Shown here: positions 1-13,652 of the stretch, piece after piece
Layout: each line of letters opens with the position of its first letter
Numbering within the stretch: position 1 is the first letter of the stretch
NCBI GenBank assembly: GCA_022813865.1
Contig: JALDZX010000020.1
Location: forward strand, 248,001-312,000
DNA: 64,000 bases
Source: Xylographa opegraphella
Taxonomy: Eukaryota
Reading direction: 5' to 3'
Program-made: the position numbers and the translations under genes
The notes under the pieces: model-generated
Database searches by the model: none
What the model saw: the letters and a program-made list of their open reading frames with translations, nothing else
Told to the model about the DNA's origin: nothing

Positions 1-436
1 GCCAACTTTGCCTCGTCGTCGGAGGTCGAAAAGTGTAAGCCCCACGACACCGACTTTCTTGTCGGAACCTGACATGCCGCCACCAACAAAGCCAGTGGTG
101 TACTCACCAGTTCCGACCTTGGGACTTTGTTAGTCCACCAAAAAATGAAGAATATAATAGGTATTGTACACATCGGACTCGAAGTTCCGCCAGGAAGGTT
201 GCATCTCGATCAACCAGGAGAGAAGCCTCTGATTTTGACTTGGGAAGGAAACGGAATGCTCTGAGAATAGCTAAAACATGTAAATACTGCTCTTCTTTCC
301 TTTACGTATAATAGGAGCAATAGACAACGCAGGAATTTGCGAGATAATACAAACAGCACTTAATGATGCGAACAGATTCTTCATGACCAATTTAGGGAAG
401 GACGAATCTTACCATAAGGACATTGATAGGTGCCAT
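1..436 (-). CDS. gaaA: D-galacturonate reductase (GaaA-type, Gfo/Idh/MocA-like oxidoreductase), 5' part only; exons 436-413 and 117-<1
   Basis: Not in the ORF track. The minus strand reads [13 protein letters not shown]...GACTAAC...[42 protein letters not shown], matching the N-terminus of Aspergillus GaaA as I recall it. It is divergent from a gaaC-like gene, the known arrangement. It runs off the left edge of the window. Confidence 0.9.
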
Positions 437-789
437 ACTGTGAATTATTTCTCTTATTGTAATTTTCTATCTACAGAGATATACATGAAATGGCAGAATT
501 AGTTCAAAGCATGAGTACTCGCAAGCCATGACAGATCTGACCATTACGCAGCTGCAGTTGAACAAAAAATCTCGCCTAATATCGTGTGCGGAAAATCGAG
601 GGGCAATCAATGCCTGACGGTGGGCTTTGGGGATATTCTGGGTGAATACGACGCCGTTTCGGGGCTTCTCGGGGCTAGGTTGAGCATGGTTCGTCCCATA
701 GGTGCTCAACGCTCACGGGTTGCAGGTGAAAGAAAGGCAATTTACTGGTTCAAACCACCCCCACGCCCTTTCTCCTCCAGCTCTTGGTG

Positions 790-798
790 ATTGGTGGA
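790..798 (-). promoter_or_regulatory. GARE (galacturonic acid responsive element, TCCNCCAAT; GaaR site) in the gaaA-gaaC bidirectional promoter
   Basis: ATTGGTGGA on + equals TCCACCAAT on -. It lies between the two galacturonate genes and is flanked by CreA-type SYGGRG sites on the minus strand (759-764, 775-780, 807-812). Confidence 0.75.
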
Positions 799-1315
799 GG
801 AATTCGCTCCGCATATTATGATTAACCCTGTATTCCCTCTCGGAATTTGGACTCACGTTCTGGTATAAGAGCTTTGAGGTACAAAGAACCAGGAGTATAT
901 TCGCCCTGTAGAAAGCCGGAGAAACTGTCACACCTGAAGTTTGTCTGATGAAAGTATGGCACACGCGAAGCGACAGACCGTTGACATGGCTTCCCGTAAT
1001 CCGATATAACGCACCGAATGGAGTATTTGGACTATTCAGGACCCAATGAAACGGTCCGTATGGAATGTCCTGGACAGACTCACCATGGATATCATGACAC
1101 TAGAAGCCTCCTGCTTCCATGAGCATATGCAGCCAGTCTGAGTTTTCTTTCCGGACGATCCCCCACATTCAGCCGTAAGGACTATCAAAGCATGACTGGA
1201 CCGAGTTCATCTAGGATATCAGATCCCCCCCTCGAGATTACCACTTTTGGGGCAGAGCGTCTTCTGGCAACATCGATACAACCTACCATTTCGGCCACTC
1301 CTCAAGCCGACTACG

Positions 1316-2305
1316 ATGTCTTCCACTCATACCAATGGCAATGGTAATGGCTTCTCCAAGCCTCTAACGCCTCTCCGCCATGGTATATACGCCCCAACGA
1401 TGACATTCTTTGACCCAGAGACCGAAGATCTTGACCTTCCTACCATCCGCAAGCACTCGGTCCGCCTCGCCCGCGCAGGTTTGGTAGGGCTGGTGACCAT
1501 GGGCTCGAATGGTGAAGCTGTTCATCTTACCCGTGCAGAGAAAACCGCTGTAACCCGCGCGACTCGGGAGGCCCTCGACGAAGCTGGTTTCACCAATGTC
1601 CCCGTCATTTGTGGCGCCTCTGAGCAGTCTATTCGCGGTACGATCGACCTTTGTCACGAGGGAAAGGCCGCTGGAGCCGAGTATACACTGCTCGTACCAC
1701 CCAGCTACTACCGAACCGCTATGGATGAGAAAAGAATGGAGGAATACTATCTGGGTGTTGCAAATGGATCGCCCCTACCAATCATACTCTACAATTACCC
1801 TGGCGCTGTCGCAGGAATAGATATGGATTCGGACTTCATCATCAAGATCAGCCAACACCCAAACATCGTCGGGACAAAATTTACATGTGGTAACACTGGA
1901 AAGTTGACCCGAGTTGCGGCCGCCATGGACGCCGTGACGCCGCATAAGCAAGGAAGCGGCTATATGGCTTTTGGAGGAATGGCGGATTTCACCGCACAGA
2001 CGGGATGCTCAGGCGGCAGTGGTATAATAGCAGGCGGTGCAAACGTCGTCCCGAAAACGATCGTGAAGGTTTGGACCTTGTGGTCGCAGGGCAAATATGA
2101 GGAGGCGATGAAGTTACAGGTGGTACTTAGTAAAGGGGACTGGGTCCTGACGAAAGCTGCGATTCCCGGGACGAAGCAGGCCATCCAGATGCACTTTGGC
2201 TATGGTGGATACCCACGGCGGCCGTTACGACGGATGGCCGATGAAGAGGTGAAGGTCTTGGGAGAGGGGATCGCCGAAGTGATGAAAGTAGAGAATAGTT
2301 TATGA
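1316..2305 (+). CDS. gaaC: 2-keto-3-deoxy-L-galactonate aldolase (DHDPS/DapA family; GaaC/LGA1)
   Basis: Intronless ORF from ATG 1316. DHDPS motifs GIYAPT, MGSNGE, ILYNYP and Schiff-base IVGTKFT are present. Divergent partner of gaaA. Confidence 0.9.
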   Translation: MSSTHTNGNGNGFSKPLTPLRHGIYAPTMTFFDPETEDLDLPTIRKHSVRLARAGLVGLVTMGSNGEAVHLTRAEKTAVTRATREALDEAGFTNVPVICGASEQSIRGTIDLCHEGKAAGAEYTLLVPPSYYRTAMDEKRMEEYYLGVANGSPLPIILYNYPGAVAGIDMDSDFIIKISQHPNIVGTKFTCGNTGKLTRVAAAMDAVTPHKQGSGYMAFGGMADFTAQTGCSGGSGIIAGGANVVPKTIVKVWTLWSQGKYEEAMKLQVVLSKGDWVLTKAAIPGTKQAIQMHFGYGGYPRRPLRRMADEEVKVLGEGIAEVMKVENSL

Positions 2306-2770
2306 GAATATCATCGATGCTGAATGTTAGAGTGCTTCAAGAGGATTCCTGTGATTTATGAGCTGTCGACAATGATGCCATCAAACATGGAAGAATTGCG
2401 CAGCGCCGTGTTATCAAGTCAAACGAAGCCGCCCCTCCGGATGTTGATACAGACCATTGCAGCCGTTGCGGCTTTCTGCCAGGTCACTTGCGGCCCCTAA
2501 AGCTTTACACGAGCGAGACGGGGTACCTGCATGGGGAATGGCATCGCTAAGCGGAAAAGTCTCTCCGCAACATTCTAAAATTAGCGATCCATATCGTGTT
2601 GCTGCCGGCCATGCCTTTTCGTTCGTGCGCCTCCTCCAACAAAGAGAAATCCTTCGTTCAGCAGTATATATGTTTCTGTATTTGTGCGCTTCTTTATTTT
2701 GTCATTCTTTACTTGGTCCTGTGCTGTTCTAGCAAATTTCATTCCGATTGAGGGTCCAACACTCGTTAAT

Positions 2771-3934
2771 ATGGCCTTTGGTAATAACTTCCGCGCAGCA
2801 CTCAATCATGGGGAGAGGTACTGGGTGTGGAAAGTCGCTCTTCGAGTCATAACTGTGGTCTTCGCGCTGGTATCTGTGGGATGTCTCGCATGGGCTACGG
2901 TCTATGGCTGGACTTTCAGCGAATACTTCGACCTCACCATATGGGAGTATATTCCTGTAAGCTTGAAGCCATTGTATATCACAAAAGGAGATAGCGCAAC
3001 TGACAATTGAATCGTAGCTTGGGGTTTCTATACTATGGAATGCCGCGACCATAATCACTCTCTTTGTACGAAAGCGGCCAGTGCACCCTGGGGCTAATGT
3101 TGGCATGGACCTCGTTTTGTGGTTGGCACTCATCATAACCAGCAGCTTTGCCATTATTGCTGCAATCGGGGAAGTTCAGTATATTGGGGATGAATACGAT
3201 GACGTGGAAGTAAACTCTCTCCACTACCTACAACTCCCCAATGGGACATATGGTTATCTGGAGGGTCATTACACAGAGACCGCGAACGGTACTGAGTACT
3301 TCGTGACCGGAAATAGCTCGGATCCAGTTGCATGTAGTGGCTACGGAAGCTGTGCACAGGAAGATCAGGTGCTGTCCAGCCACCATAAGCTGGGTATAGT
3401 GCTTGCTGTTGGTGTTGCCTTCAGCTTTGCCGTTATGTAAGTGAATGCAGGCTCCTGTCCCGCCATCGCACCCCTCACTAACAACCTCGCAGGCTGTTAC
3501 ACTTCGTTCTTTTTGTGTGGGCTTGTGTAGATACACATCAGCGACGACGGAACAGCCTTGACAAACGGGCCCAGAGGATCGCTCAAAACATTATCGCCGA
3601 GATGACCGAACGAGGTGTATTGCCACAACCAAGAGAGAGACAACAAGAAGAAGGCTTGTTGGCGCACGATGGAAATGCCGGCCGAGACGCCTGGGTGGAG
3701 CCGTCGAGAATGAGCGAGTCGAGGGATCCTTATACTCTACCCACACGGGGAGAAACCCCGTATAATCATCAAGTGGAATCTGCCAGAGCTCCACCTCAAG
3801 AAGGAGAAGTTGCATCAGGTCCACTTCCACCGGTACTGCCACATATGTCTGGCGCTTTGGAGGTCGATGAGATCCCTCCAGCCTCTGCGCCGTACCACGA
3901 TGCGATTCGTGACGACCGAGAGCTTTACGGATAA
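2771..3934 (+). CDS. Fungal multi-pass membrane protein (about 4 TM, MARVEL-like layout); exons 2771-2956, 3018-3436, 3493-3934
   Basis: GT-AG introns with branch sites join the frames. Hydrophobic helices, HPGANVGMDLVLW and LFVWACVDTH motifs, and a disordered C-tail. Confidence 0.75.
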
Positions 3935-5148
3935 TACATTGGAAAATGCGTTGTCACGATGTATATAGAGAGCCTTGTATATTGGCATTTCCAGATAGAT
4001 ACCCCTTTTCGAAGCTATTTAATATGCTGTGTACTTCGCCGATCACTTTTCAGCGATGCCCATCAATATCTATGAAAAGGTCACAAGATACGCCCCAAGA
4101 ACATGGCGCGGTGGCACATTGTGGCGCATGTCGACATGTGGCTGTGCATTGCCACTGCCCGAAGCGTCAAATCCTTTTTCATGCTCTCTGTCGCGAACGA
4201 AGCGCTCACTGCCTTGCGTCATCTGATCTAACACATGCGGAGTCTTGATTGCCCAGTGAACAAGTGCACCCTCTCGCCAAGACAGGTAACCTCGGGGTGT
4301 ACGTACAGTCTCCCGTGTCGCCATCGTGGCGCAGTGTCATTACGTCCCTTCGGACCATCTTCTGTACAGTGGAGTATTGTCAAGGGAAGATCTTGCGTGT
4401 ATGTGTCATGGTTCTTTGACAAACAAGCAGAGAGTTTGCTCCTCCATCATTATGATCGGAGTTGCAAATAATGCACTTCCTTGGAAAGCGGGCTATGAGG
4501 TCTGGGTCTTCGAGGTCAGGCTTGTCAAAGGCGACCACGGGAGTGCGTGACGAAACGACGATATTCAGCGGCGTGGGTTGGATGAAGTCCTTCGAGGTCC
4601 TTCTTGATGGACAAAAGAAGTGTTAGATATATCAGTCCCAGTCCTGATGGTTGTGGCAGCTGTCATTCGGACCATCGCCCTGATTGGCCGTGGTGGCTGA
4701 AGATTTTAGCGCTGGGGATCGGCCTGCAAGGCTCCACGAACGTCGGCGGCTGTAGAGCCCAGACTGGAAGGAATTCTAACCGTTTGTCGCTCAACTCCTA
4801 CATCTGGCAACCTCCAGCGCCTGGCAATTAAAGTTATCGCCGAATGATGCGCAGTAGGCTCCACAATGCAGCACTCCACCAGCCACGCTATCGATTCTGT
4901 TCTTCATCTGGGGCATGATGTGCCAAGCGGGCTGTGCAGCAATAGATTTTCGGCCTTGCCTGTGAAGGAGCGAGTGCGACTTTGCTTTATTGATAAGGCA
5001 CTTTTACGTCTTACCATGCCCTTTCTTTAACTCCTCCTGTTATCTAATTGTAGCATAACTGTTTTTACTTCTGCCTGCTATCGCCCTTGAACACTTCATT
5101 GCGTTCGAGCGATCAGCGCCTTCTCTCCTTTCCTTTCAACCCTTTACG

Positions 5149-8100
5149 ATGCAGAGTAATAGTAATAATAGGCTGCTGACGCCGCCTATGACAATTTACA
5201 TCCGTGTAAGGATTCAAGGGCTATACTCTCTATTTAAGAATATTCGACTGACATTCGATAGACCCCTCCCTTGGAAGAGTCACCCTGCAGTGATCCCACC
5301 TACTCATCCTCGAACCCGGCTTTGTTATCCCTTCGCGTTCCTCCATCCCCCACAGCTGCATCTCTGGACGGTGAGACTTTGCGGTCTAGAGCTGGCTCAT
5401 TCGTCTCTACCGCAGACACAAAAAGGTCAAGAGCGTATTCGGATGTCAGCACTGTACAATGTAGCTATGATGGCGAGGAACTTACAGCGGAGGAAGCGCT
5501 GCGCCCATACAAGGTCGACGAGAAAGACTTCGAGGTGGAAGACAATCCATTCGCCTTCTCGCCAGGCCAGCTGAACAGGTTACTGCATCCAAAATCTCTT
5601 GCCGCATACAAAGCACTTGGCGGTATAAAAGGTTTGGAAACAGGTCTCAGGACCGATGCCGTCCTTGGCTTGAGCGCCAATGAGGAAAATATTGTGGATA
5701 GAATTACGTTTAAAGAAGCAACGTTGGCCGGAAAGAGGAGGAAGTTCACCCCCGAGATTGATCAGATGAGGGAAACAATTCCCACGACCAAACAAGGTTT
5801 AAAAGAGCCGTATGGTGATAGAAAAAGGGTCTACAAGGACAACCGTCTACCAGCCAAAAAATCGCTTAGCATATGGAAGCTATTTTGGAACGCATTCAAT
5901 GACCGAATACTGCTGCTACTCACGGCTGCCGCGGTCATATCCCTAGCATTAGGAATCTACGAAGCAGTCGGACAGAAACCAGCGCCCGGTCAATCACAAT
6001 CAGTGGATTGGGTTGAAGGACTCGCAATACTTGTGGCAGTGATTCTGGTCGTATTGGTTACGGGCTTGAATGATTACCAGAGGGAAAAGCAATTCGTGAT
6101 ATTGAATGCAAAGAAAGAAGATCGTGAAGTCAAAGTTATTCGATCTGGAAGAACTGTACAAATATCTGTCTTTGATGTAATGGTAGGAGATGTGATTCAT
6201 CTCGAAGCAGGGGACCTAATACCTGCCGACGGGGTGCTGGTTGCTGGCCATAGCCTCCGCTGCGACGAGTCCTCAGCAACCGGTGAGTCGGATGCGATGA
6301 AGAAGATGACCGGTGACGAAGTCTGGAGGCATCTTGAGCAAGGAACAGCATCTTCTAAGTTGGACCCCTTCATCATTTCAGGAACTAAGGTTCTCGAAGG
6401 GGTTGGAACTTGCTTGGTGACTTCGGTCGGTGTCAACAGCAGCTATGGCAAAATCATGGTATCTTTACAAACCGAGACCGAGGATACGCCCCTGCAGATC
6501 AAGCTAGCCAAGATGGCCAACTGGATAGGCTATATCGGATCTGCTGCTGCTGGACTGTTGTTCGTCATTCTTTTGATCAGGTTCCTCCTTGGACTCTCGG
6601 GCAATCCTGCGTCCTCGGCGATGAAAGGATCACAATTCTTGAACATACTGATTGTTGCTATTACCATTATAGTTGTTGCTGTTCCGGAAGGTCTTCCTGT
6701 AGCAGTTACCCTCGCATTATCATTTGCAACGAAGAGAATGCTTAAAGAGAACAACCTTGTGCGAAAACTTCGTGCATGCGAAACGATGGGCAATGCAACG
6801 ACTATCTGTTCCGATAAGACAGGAACTCTGACTCAGAACAAGATGACTGTTGTCGCTGGCACCCTCTCAACGCAAATCGAGTTTTCTAGAGCAGCTGGTC
6901 TCCTTGACGGAGACAAGAATATTTTGTCACTTGGTAAAGCTTTCTCACTACTGTCTAGCTCGGCAAAGGACTTATTCAGGCAGTCAATTGCCATAAATTC
7001 CACAGCTTTCGAAGGACTGGAAGATGGGAAGAATATTTTCATTGGCTCCAAGACGGAGACGGCACTTCTTACACTTGCTAAAGAAAATCTAGGCATGGAC
7101 ACTGTAGCAGAAGAAAGGGCAGTCTCGGAGGTGGTGCAGCTCTATCCATTTGATTCGAATCGGAAATGTATGGGCGTTGTCGTTCGACTACCAACAGGTG
7201 ACTATCGATTTTTGGTAAAAGGTGCCGCAGAAATAATGCTTACAAATGCAACAAAGCAACTGATCGATCCAGCTGGAGAATCACTGGAAGTCGCTTCCAT
7301 GCCAGCGTCGACGAACAAGCAGATCAACTTGAAAATTACAGACTATGCTAGACAGTCTTTGAGGACAATTGCATTGCTGTATCGCGACTTTCAACAGTGG
7401 CCACCAAATGGTGTGCGAGTTTCAAAGGACGACAAGCAAATGGCAGACTTCGAGGACGTCTGCCACGACATGACCTTTCTTGGGGTGCTTGGCATCCAGG
7501 ACCCCTTGAGAGAAGAAGTCCCTTATGCAGTGAAAAAGTGTCAAGATGCCGGGATTGTCGTCCGCATGGTTACGGGCGACAACATCACCACAGCTACCGC
7601 GATAGCAACTCAATGTGGCATTAAGACATCCGAAGGCATTGCAATTGAAGGACCCCGGTTTCGTCAGCTTTCCAGTACCGAGATGGACGAGGTTCTCCCA
7701 AACCTCCAAGTTCTTGCTCGTTCGTCCCCGCTCGACAAACAAATCCTTGTCTCCCGGCTCAAACACCTCGGCGAAACAGTTGCCGTCACCGGCGATGGCA
7801 CGAACGATGCACCAGCTCTCAAAGCCGCAGACATTGGCTTCTCCATGGGAATCGCAGGCACCGAAGTTGCCAAGGAAGCCAGCAGCATCATCCTTATGGA
7901 TGATAATTTCTCCTCCATCGTCAAAGCCATCATGTGGGGCCGCTCTGTCAACGATGCTGTCGCCAAGTTCCTCCAGTTTCAAATCACGGTGAACATCACA
8001 GCAGTCATCCTCGCCTTCGTCTCAGCCGTCGCCTCCCCATCCTCTCACTCCGTACTCTCTGCTGTACAGCTGCTTTGGGTCAACCTCATCATGGACACCT

Positions 8101-8864
8101 TTGCTGCCCTCGCCCTTGCGACAGATGCCCCAACCGACAAAATCCTAGACCGCAAACCGAGTCCCAAATCAGCACCCTTGATTACCACGAACATGTGGAA
8201 GATGATCCTCGGCCAAGCTGTCTACCAGCTCGTGGTGACCTTTAGCCTGTACTTCGCCGGTGCTTCCATCCTCGGCTACGATGTCGTCAAGAACCCATTG
8301 CTGCAGACGCAGCTCGACACCATGGTCTTCAACACTTTCGTGTGGATGCAAATCTTCAACGAGCTGAACAACAGGCGCCTGGACAATAAACTCAATATCT
8401 TCGAGGGTGTCTTGCACAATCAATTTTTCCTGGTAATCAATGCCATCATGGTGGCCGGGCAGATCCTGATCGTCTTCGTTGGCGGCACTGCATTCCAGAT
8501 CACACGTATCAACGGCACCCAATGGGCCGTATGCTTGCTATGCGCCGTGCCGTGTCTGGCATGGGCGATGGTACTGCGTTTTGTGCCCGATCCGTGGACC
8601 GAGCGCCTTTTCACCGCCGTGGGACGCGTGTTCTTTGCTATTTACGAGCCAGCTGCCACGGCAGTTGCTGTTGTATGCCGTCCTGTACGGACTGGCTGCA
8701 AAGGTGTGGGTAGACTCTTCCTACGTTTATTTAGCAAAAAGAGCCGGGAGGCTGGGAGCGCTGTTGACGAGGAGACTGCGACCACGGCGGCTGGCTCTCT
8801 GGCCGCATTGCCCGTGGAGATGTCGAGGGCGATACCGCCTATTACGTTTACGACAATGGATTGA
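5149..8864 (+). CDS. pmc1: P-type IIB Ca2+-transporting ATPase (PMC1/PMCA-like); exons 5149-5205 and 5262-8864
   Basis: Motifs TGES, PEGL, DKTGTLT, KGAAE, MVTGDN, GDGTNDAPAL and QLLWVNLIMDT. Intron 5206-5261 (GTAAGG...CTGAC...TAG) joins ATG 5149 in frame. Confidence 0.93.
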
Positions 8865-9544
8865 AGCATTGGGGTTGGTTCGGGAAGGGAAGGGGATTGG
8901 TTACTCATTTAGCGTTGGCGCTGGGATGGGGGCTTTTGTCTGCATCTCTGGAAACGGAGTACATCAATCTGGATTTGTGGATAGATCTCAAAAAGAGAAG
9001 ATCGATTGATATGGGTATTATTGACGAATTATTATTTTTAATTGAGTATAATAGTATGGTGCATTTATTCTTCATTTCGCCGACACTAAGCATGAGTGAA
9101 AGCGAATGAAGACTATTTCAGGTGATCCGTTAAGTTGGCTTTCCTTGTCAGTGATGTTTCTTTGAGTCGTAAACGATACCAACACTGCGGTACAGTGTAA
9201 TCAAATGAAACCAACGCAAAATCGGACGGGGACTGGTAGCGTTATAAATCCCATGGTAATGGAGTTGGGTGGACGGCGAGGGCAAGCCAGAAGAAATATC
9301 TGCAGCAGATCCAATCATAACGGTATAGAGGCATCGAATCCATAAGTGAGATCAGGGATAAGGCGGGATAAATTGAAGTCAATACAAAGTAGCGCTAGTA
9401 TTTCCCATTACGCTAGCTTCTCGCTTCCGTGGAGGCTAGCGTCCGACGTTAGCGAGCACACACAACAACCGCAATTGCAAAGACTCCATGATTTGACGAC
9501 ATCGACGGTTCTTTCCACTCCACCACGACAAGTGCACCGCAATC

Positions 9545-10268
9545 ATGGCTCACATCAACAAGATTGCGGCCACGAGCCCCTCGAGGCAGCATCCTTCCGA
9601 GCTGGAAACCAGCATCGCCAGCGCGATCTACGACCTGGAGACCAACATCGCCGACATGAAGGGCGCACTACGGCCCTTGCAGTTCGTGTCCGCTCGCGAG
9701 GTAGGCTATAGTCTGGAGGCACGACCTCCAAGTGCAGATAGCGATGCTGATTGTGAGAATCTCAGCTCGAGGTCGGCCATGGCAAAAAAGCCATCGTCAT
9801 CTTCGTCCCTGTTGCTCTTCTTGGCGCTTTTCACAAGGTCCAGCAACGGTAACCCCACTCGACTCAATCCCCATCGAAGCTACACTGACACATCTTGAAA
9901 GTCTCACCCGCGAGCTCGAGAAGAAGTTCTCCGACCGCCAAGTGCTCTTCCTTGCCTCCCGCCGCATTCTCCCTCGTCCCAAACGCTCAAACCGGTCCCG
10001 CACCTCGCAGACGCAGAAGCGTCCTCGCTCGCGCACACTGACTGCTGTGCATGAAGCGATCCTTAACGATTTGGTATACCCGGTGGAGATTGTTGGGAAG
10101 CGCACCAGGACGAAGGAGGACGGTAGTAAGATCACCAAGGTTGTGTTGGACGAGAAGGAGAGGGGTGGAGTGGACCACAGACTCGATACATACTCGGAAG
10201 TCTATCGGCGGCTGACAGGACGGGGAGTAGGGTTCGAGTTCCCAATGGGCGGGCCTGCGGAATATTAG
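9545..10268 (+). CDS. rps7: 40S ribosomal protein S7 (eS7); exons 9545-9700, 9766-9848, 9902-10268
   Basis: [25 protein letters not shown] and VEIVGKR motifs; two spliceable introns. Confidence 0.95.
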
Positions 10269-10419
10269 GTGAGAGGAGAGTACTTTGGTGCAGAGGTCAA
10301 GATTTGAGCGCTTAGCGCGCTCCGATTCACAGATTTGAGACTATCGAGCATCATGGCTTGAGAGAATGAAACCATAAATCTGTGTACTAGCTCCCAGTCC
10401 TGATGGGCAGTATGCAATT

Positions 10420-12136
10420 CTATTCCACTGTCTTCACTATCCTGCCAATTCCAAGCACGCACCAGTATGCCAATTCCCTTTTCTCCTTCGTGCCATCGTC
10501 CAGGAGCGCCTTCGGATCGGTCTCGGTGACTTCGGCCTCATACTCCGTCCTCACGAAAACCGGAATCTCGAACACGTCCTCATCCTCCGCCAGCTCGCCA
10601 TCCCTCGTGCGAATACGCGCACACACGACCTCAACGACGACGGCCGTCCAATTCCCACCCATGTCCCAGACCTTACCCGCTTCCGCGATCCTGCCTTCCG
10701 ACGGTCCGCCCCCGGACTTCGCCTTGAGCGTGCGGCTGCTCTGTCGCCCGCCCTCAGCGCCGAGCGCGTCGTCCCAGACGTCGATGTTGGCGCCGACCTC
10801 GAACTGCGGGCACAGCATGGTGACGGTGCTCGGAAAGCGGCCCGGGGTCTGCGCCGGGGTGGCGAGGGTTACTTTGACGGGCACGAAGAGCGGGTTCTTC
10901 ACGAGGAGTAGGAATTGAAGGGGTTTGGAGGGCTGGAGGGCTTCGAGATCGATGGGGGGGAGGGATGGTGCTTGTAGTGGTTGGAGGGACAGGTTCGGGA
11001 CGTAGTTGTTGGCGGTCAGCTTTAGTTTGTAGCGCGTGCTTTGGATCTTGGTCTCTGGCTTTACGAGGATGTGTCTGCATGCTCGGCAGCGTTTGGCTTT
11101 CTTGGTGCGCAGCAGTGTTGGGACGGGCCAGAGGTCGGCGAGGAAGCGTGATGGGGAGACTTGGTCTGCTTGCTGGGTGAGGCTTGCGGTGCCGTGCCAG
11201 CCCCGGGCTTGGATTTTGCGCATCACTGCTTGGTCCGCTTCCGGGTCCACGAGCGAAAGACCTTCGGAGAGATCGGCGCTTTCGCGCATGGTGCTGGGTT
11301 TGCTGGGTGTTTTCTTCCCGTAAGTGCCGGTTCCGGTGTAGAGGTTCATGATGCGGGCGAGACTGCTGGGGGAGTTGTAGTTGAACTCGCTGGAGGGGCT
11401 CATCAGGGGGTTCGCGGATATAGTACTTGAGAGCTGCGATTTGTAGAATGCTTTCAGGTTGTCGAATCTTGCCGCAGGATTCGGGGTAGGGGGGGCTTCC
11501 AATGGTTCTTCTGTTTCTGCCGAGCGTTTCGACGGCGCTCGTTCCATCCTTTCCTGTCTGAGCTTCACAAGCTGGCTGAACACGTTCGTGGGCTTGTCGA
11601 ATTCGATGCCGATATCTAGTGTCGTCCAATTGCAGTAATCACACGCCAGTATCCACGACCCCGCGACTCCCACACCGTCGGCATCCAACGTGTTCACCGT
11701 CATTGGAGCCGTACATATCGGGCAATTGAAGCAATTTCTCGTACACCTATTGACAATTAGCTACAGAACACAGAAAGGCATGGGAACAGGACCATGGAAA
11801 AGGCCCGAGGGATCGGAGATTAAAGGGCTGGCTTACCTACCTGTTCCCTTCGCTCTTCACCATGCTGCTCGGGACCTCGAACAAACAGCTTGGACAGTAC
11901 CAGTAGCATATCTCGGAGATGACACATCGTTCGCATCGGATGTCATTGCAGTCCTCGCACCACACCAGATGGTCCAGCGGCGAGAGGGAGAAGTTCGCGC
12001 GGGGCGAGCGCGGATCGAATGTCTTCTCCTCTTGCTCTTCTTCCGCCTGGACCCCGTTCGCAGCTGCACCTATTCTTCGGGCAATATGCTCTGCCTCGAT
12101 GCATGAGCAGCTCACGTAGCTGTAAGGGAAGGACAT
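10420..12136 (-). CDS. Dynactin p62 subunit (DCTN4/RO-2); exons 12136-11841 and 11746-10420
   Basis: Cys-rich N-terminus (WCEDC..IRCERC, YCPSCLFEVPSS..EGNR|CTRNCFNCP) and LRTKKAKRCRACRHILVKPE. Confidence 0.9.
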
Positions 12137-12329
12137 CGCTGTCAATGTGATGTCCCTATGCCGGCGTTAACGGAGGGAAAACCCGCGCGTATCTGGAAAG
12201 CGCGTCGGCTGATTTTCGGGCTTGAATTGGAACAGCGTCATTGAAACCCTAAAGACATTTCGACCAAACATGCCCCCAACATCACTCCTACGAATGCTGG
12301 TTTGACAGCCAACCAGCATTTCAATCAAA

Positions 12330-13450
12330 ATGAAGCCCCTCGCTCTACGCCCCTATCTCTCCCCGCCCGCTGTCCGACGACGAGTACCCCTCTCTCGCAG
12401 ATACGCCGTCCAAGCCCCCGGCGCCCCCACTCTCCAGGTCTTCAACCGCACCACCAAATATCTCCAGAAAGAGCGCGCCGCTGCCGACGCGGAGCATAGT
12501 CGGAAAGTCGACTACCTCAAAGACGAGGTTGCCACCCGGCTGTGCGAGCGCCTCCTGGTACGTTGCCTCCACCCGTATCCCCGCTCTCACCACTGACAGC
12601 TTCTCCCCAGGATATCAAGCGCCAGCTCCCGCACGTCCTCGACCTCGGCGCGAACGCCTGCAACATCGGGCGCATCCTCACCCTCCCCAACCCGGACCCA
12701 GACCCGTCCATCCCCTCCTCGCCACCGCTCTCGAGCCGCATCTCGCACCTCACGGCCGCCGACTCCTCGCCCACGCTCCTGCACCGCGACGCGGCCCTCC
12801 CCTTCAACGAGCTCATCCCCATCACGCGCGACACCCTGCACGACGAAGAATACATCCCCTACCCGGAGAACCACTTCGACGCCGTGCTCTCCTCGCTCTC
12901 CCTCCACTGGATCAACAACCTGCCGTCCGTCCTCTTGCAGATCGCGCACGTGCTCAAACCCGACGCGCCCTTCCTCGCGGCCATCTTCGGCGGCGACAGC
13001 CTGTACGAGCTGCGCACGGCGCTGCAGCTGGCGGACCTCGACCGCCGCGGCGGCGTCTCGCCGCACGTGTCCCCGCTCGCGGACGTGCGCGACGTCGGCG
13101 GCCTGCTGGGCAAGGCCGGCTTCAAGATGCTGACCGTCGACGTGGACGACATCGTCGTCGACTACCCGACCAGCTTCGCGCTGATGCAGGACCTGCAGGC
13201 CATGGGCGAGGGCAACGCCGTGCTGGGCCGGGAGATGGGCGGTCTGCGCAGGGAGGTGCTCGCGGCGAGCGAGGCCATCTACCGGGAGCTGTATGGTAAT
13301 GCGGACGGCAGTCTTCCCGCCACGTTCCGGGTCATCTACATGATCGGCTGGAAGGCGGGCGAGGGCCAGCCGGAGCCGTTGGCGAGGGGGAGCGGGCAGG
13401 TGAATATGAAGGATATATTGGAAGGAGGGGGGATCAAGGAGCGCGGTTGA
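12330..13450 (+). CDS. NDUFAF5: NDUFAF5-like SAM-dependent methyltransferase-fold complex I assembly factor; exons 12330-12557 and 12611-13450
   Basis: Mitochondrial presequence-like start, DYLKDEVA, VLDLGA, SSLSLHWINNLP, GGVSPHVSP, LMQDLQAMGE and PATFRVIYMIGWK. Confidence 0.9.
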
Positions 13451-13652
13451 GGCGCGGGCTGGGGAGCGGGTTTGGAAGGGACGTCGGGATTAAGGTAGAA
13501 CAGGTCGCGATGACGCTAGTGATACCGTTCGTAAAGCTGAGACGTATCGTCCATATAAATCACGGTCGAAGCGTATGGTAGTGAGCCGCCCCCCCTTTAC
13601 TTTCAACATCCGCACCACCACGCCCATCATCCCACCGCCACCGCCCGCCCAC

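Noticed and set aside
118..412. Intronic box C/D snoRNA in the long gaaA intron
   Set aside because: Only a mismatched C-like box (ATGAAGA) and no CTGA D box on the sense strand.
10754..13299. Long alternative-frame and antisense ORFs over p62 and NDUFAF5 (also 23862-24951 over SCS3)
   Set aside because: Shadow ORFs expected from very high G/C third-position bias; R/P/G-rich and without motifs.
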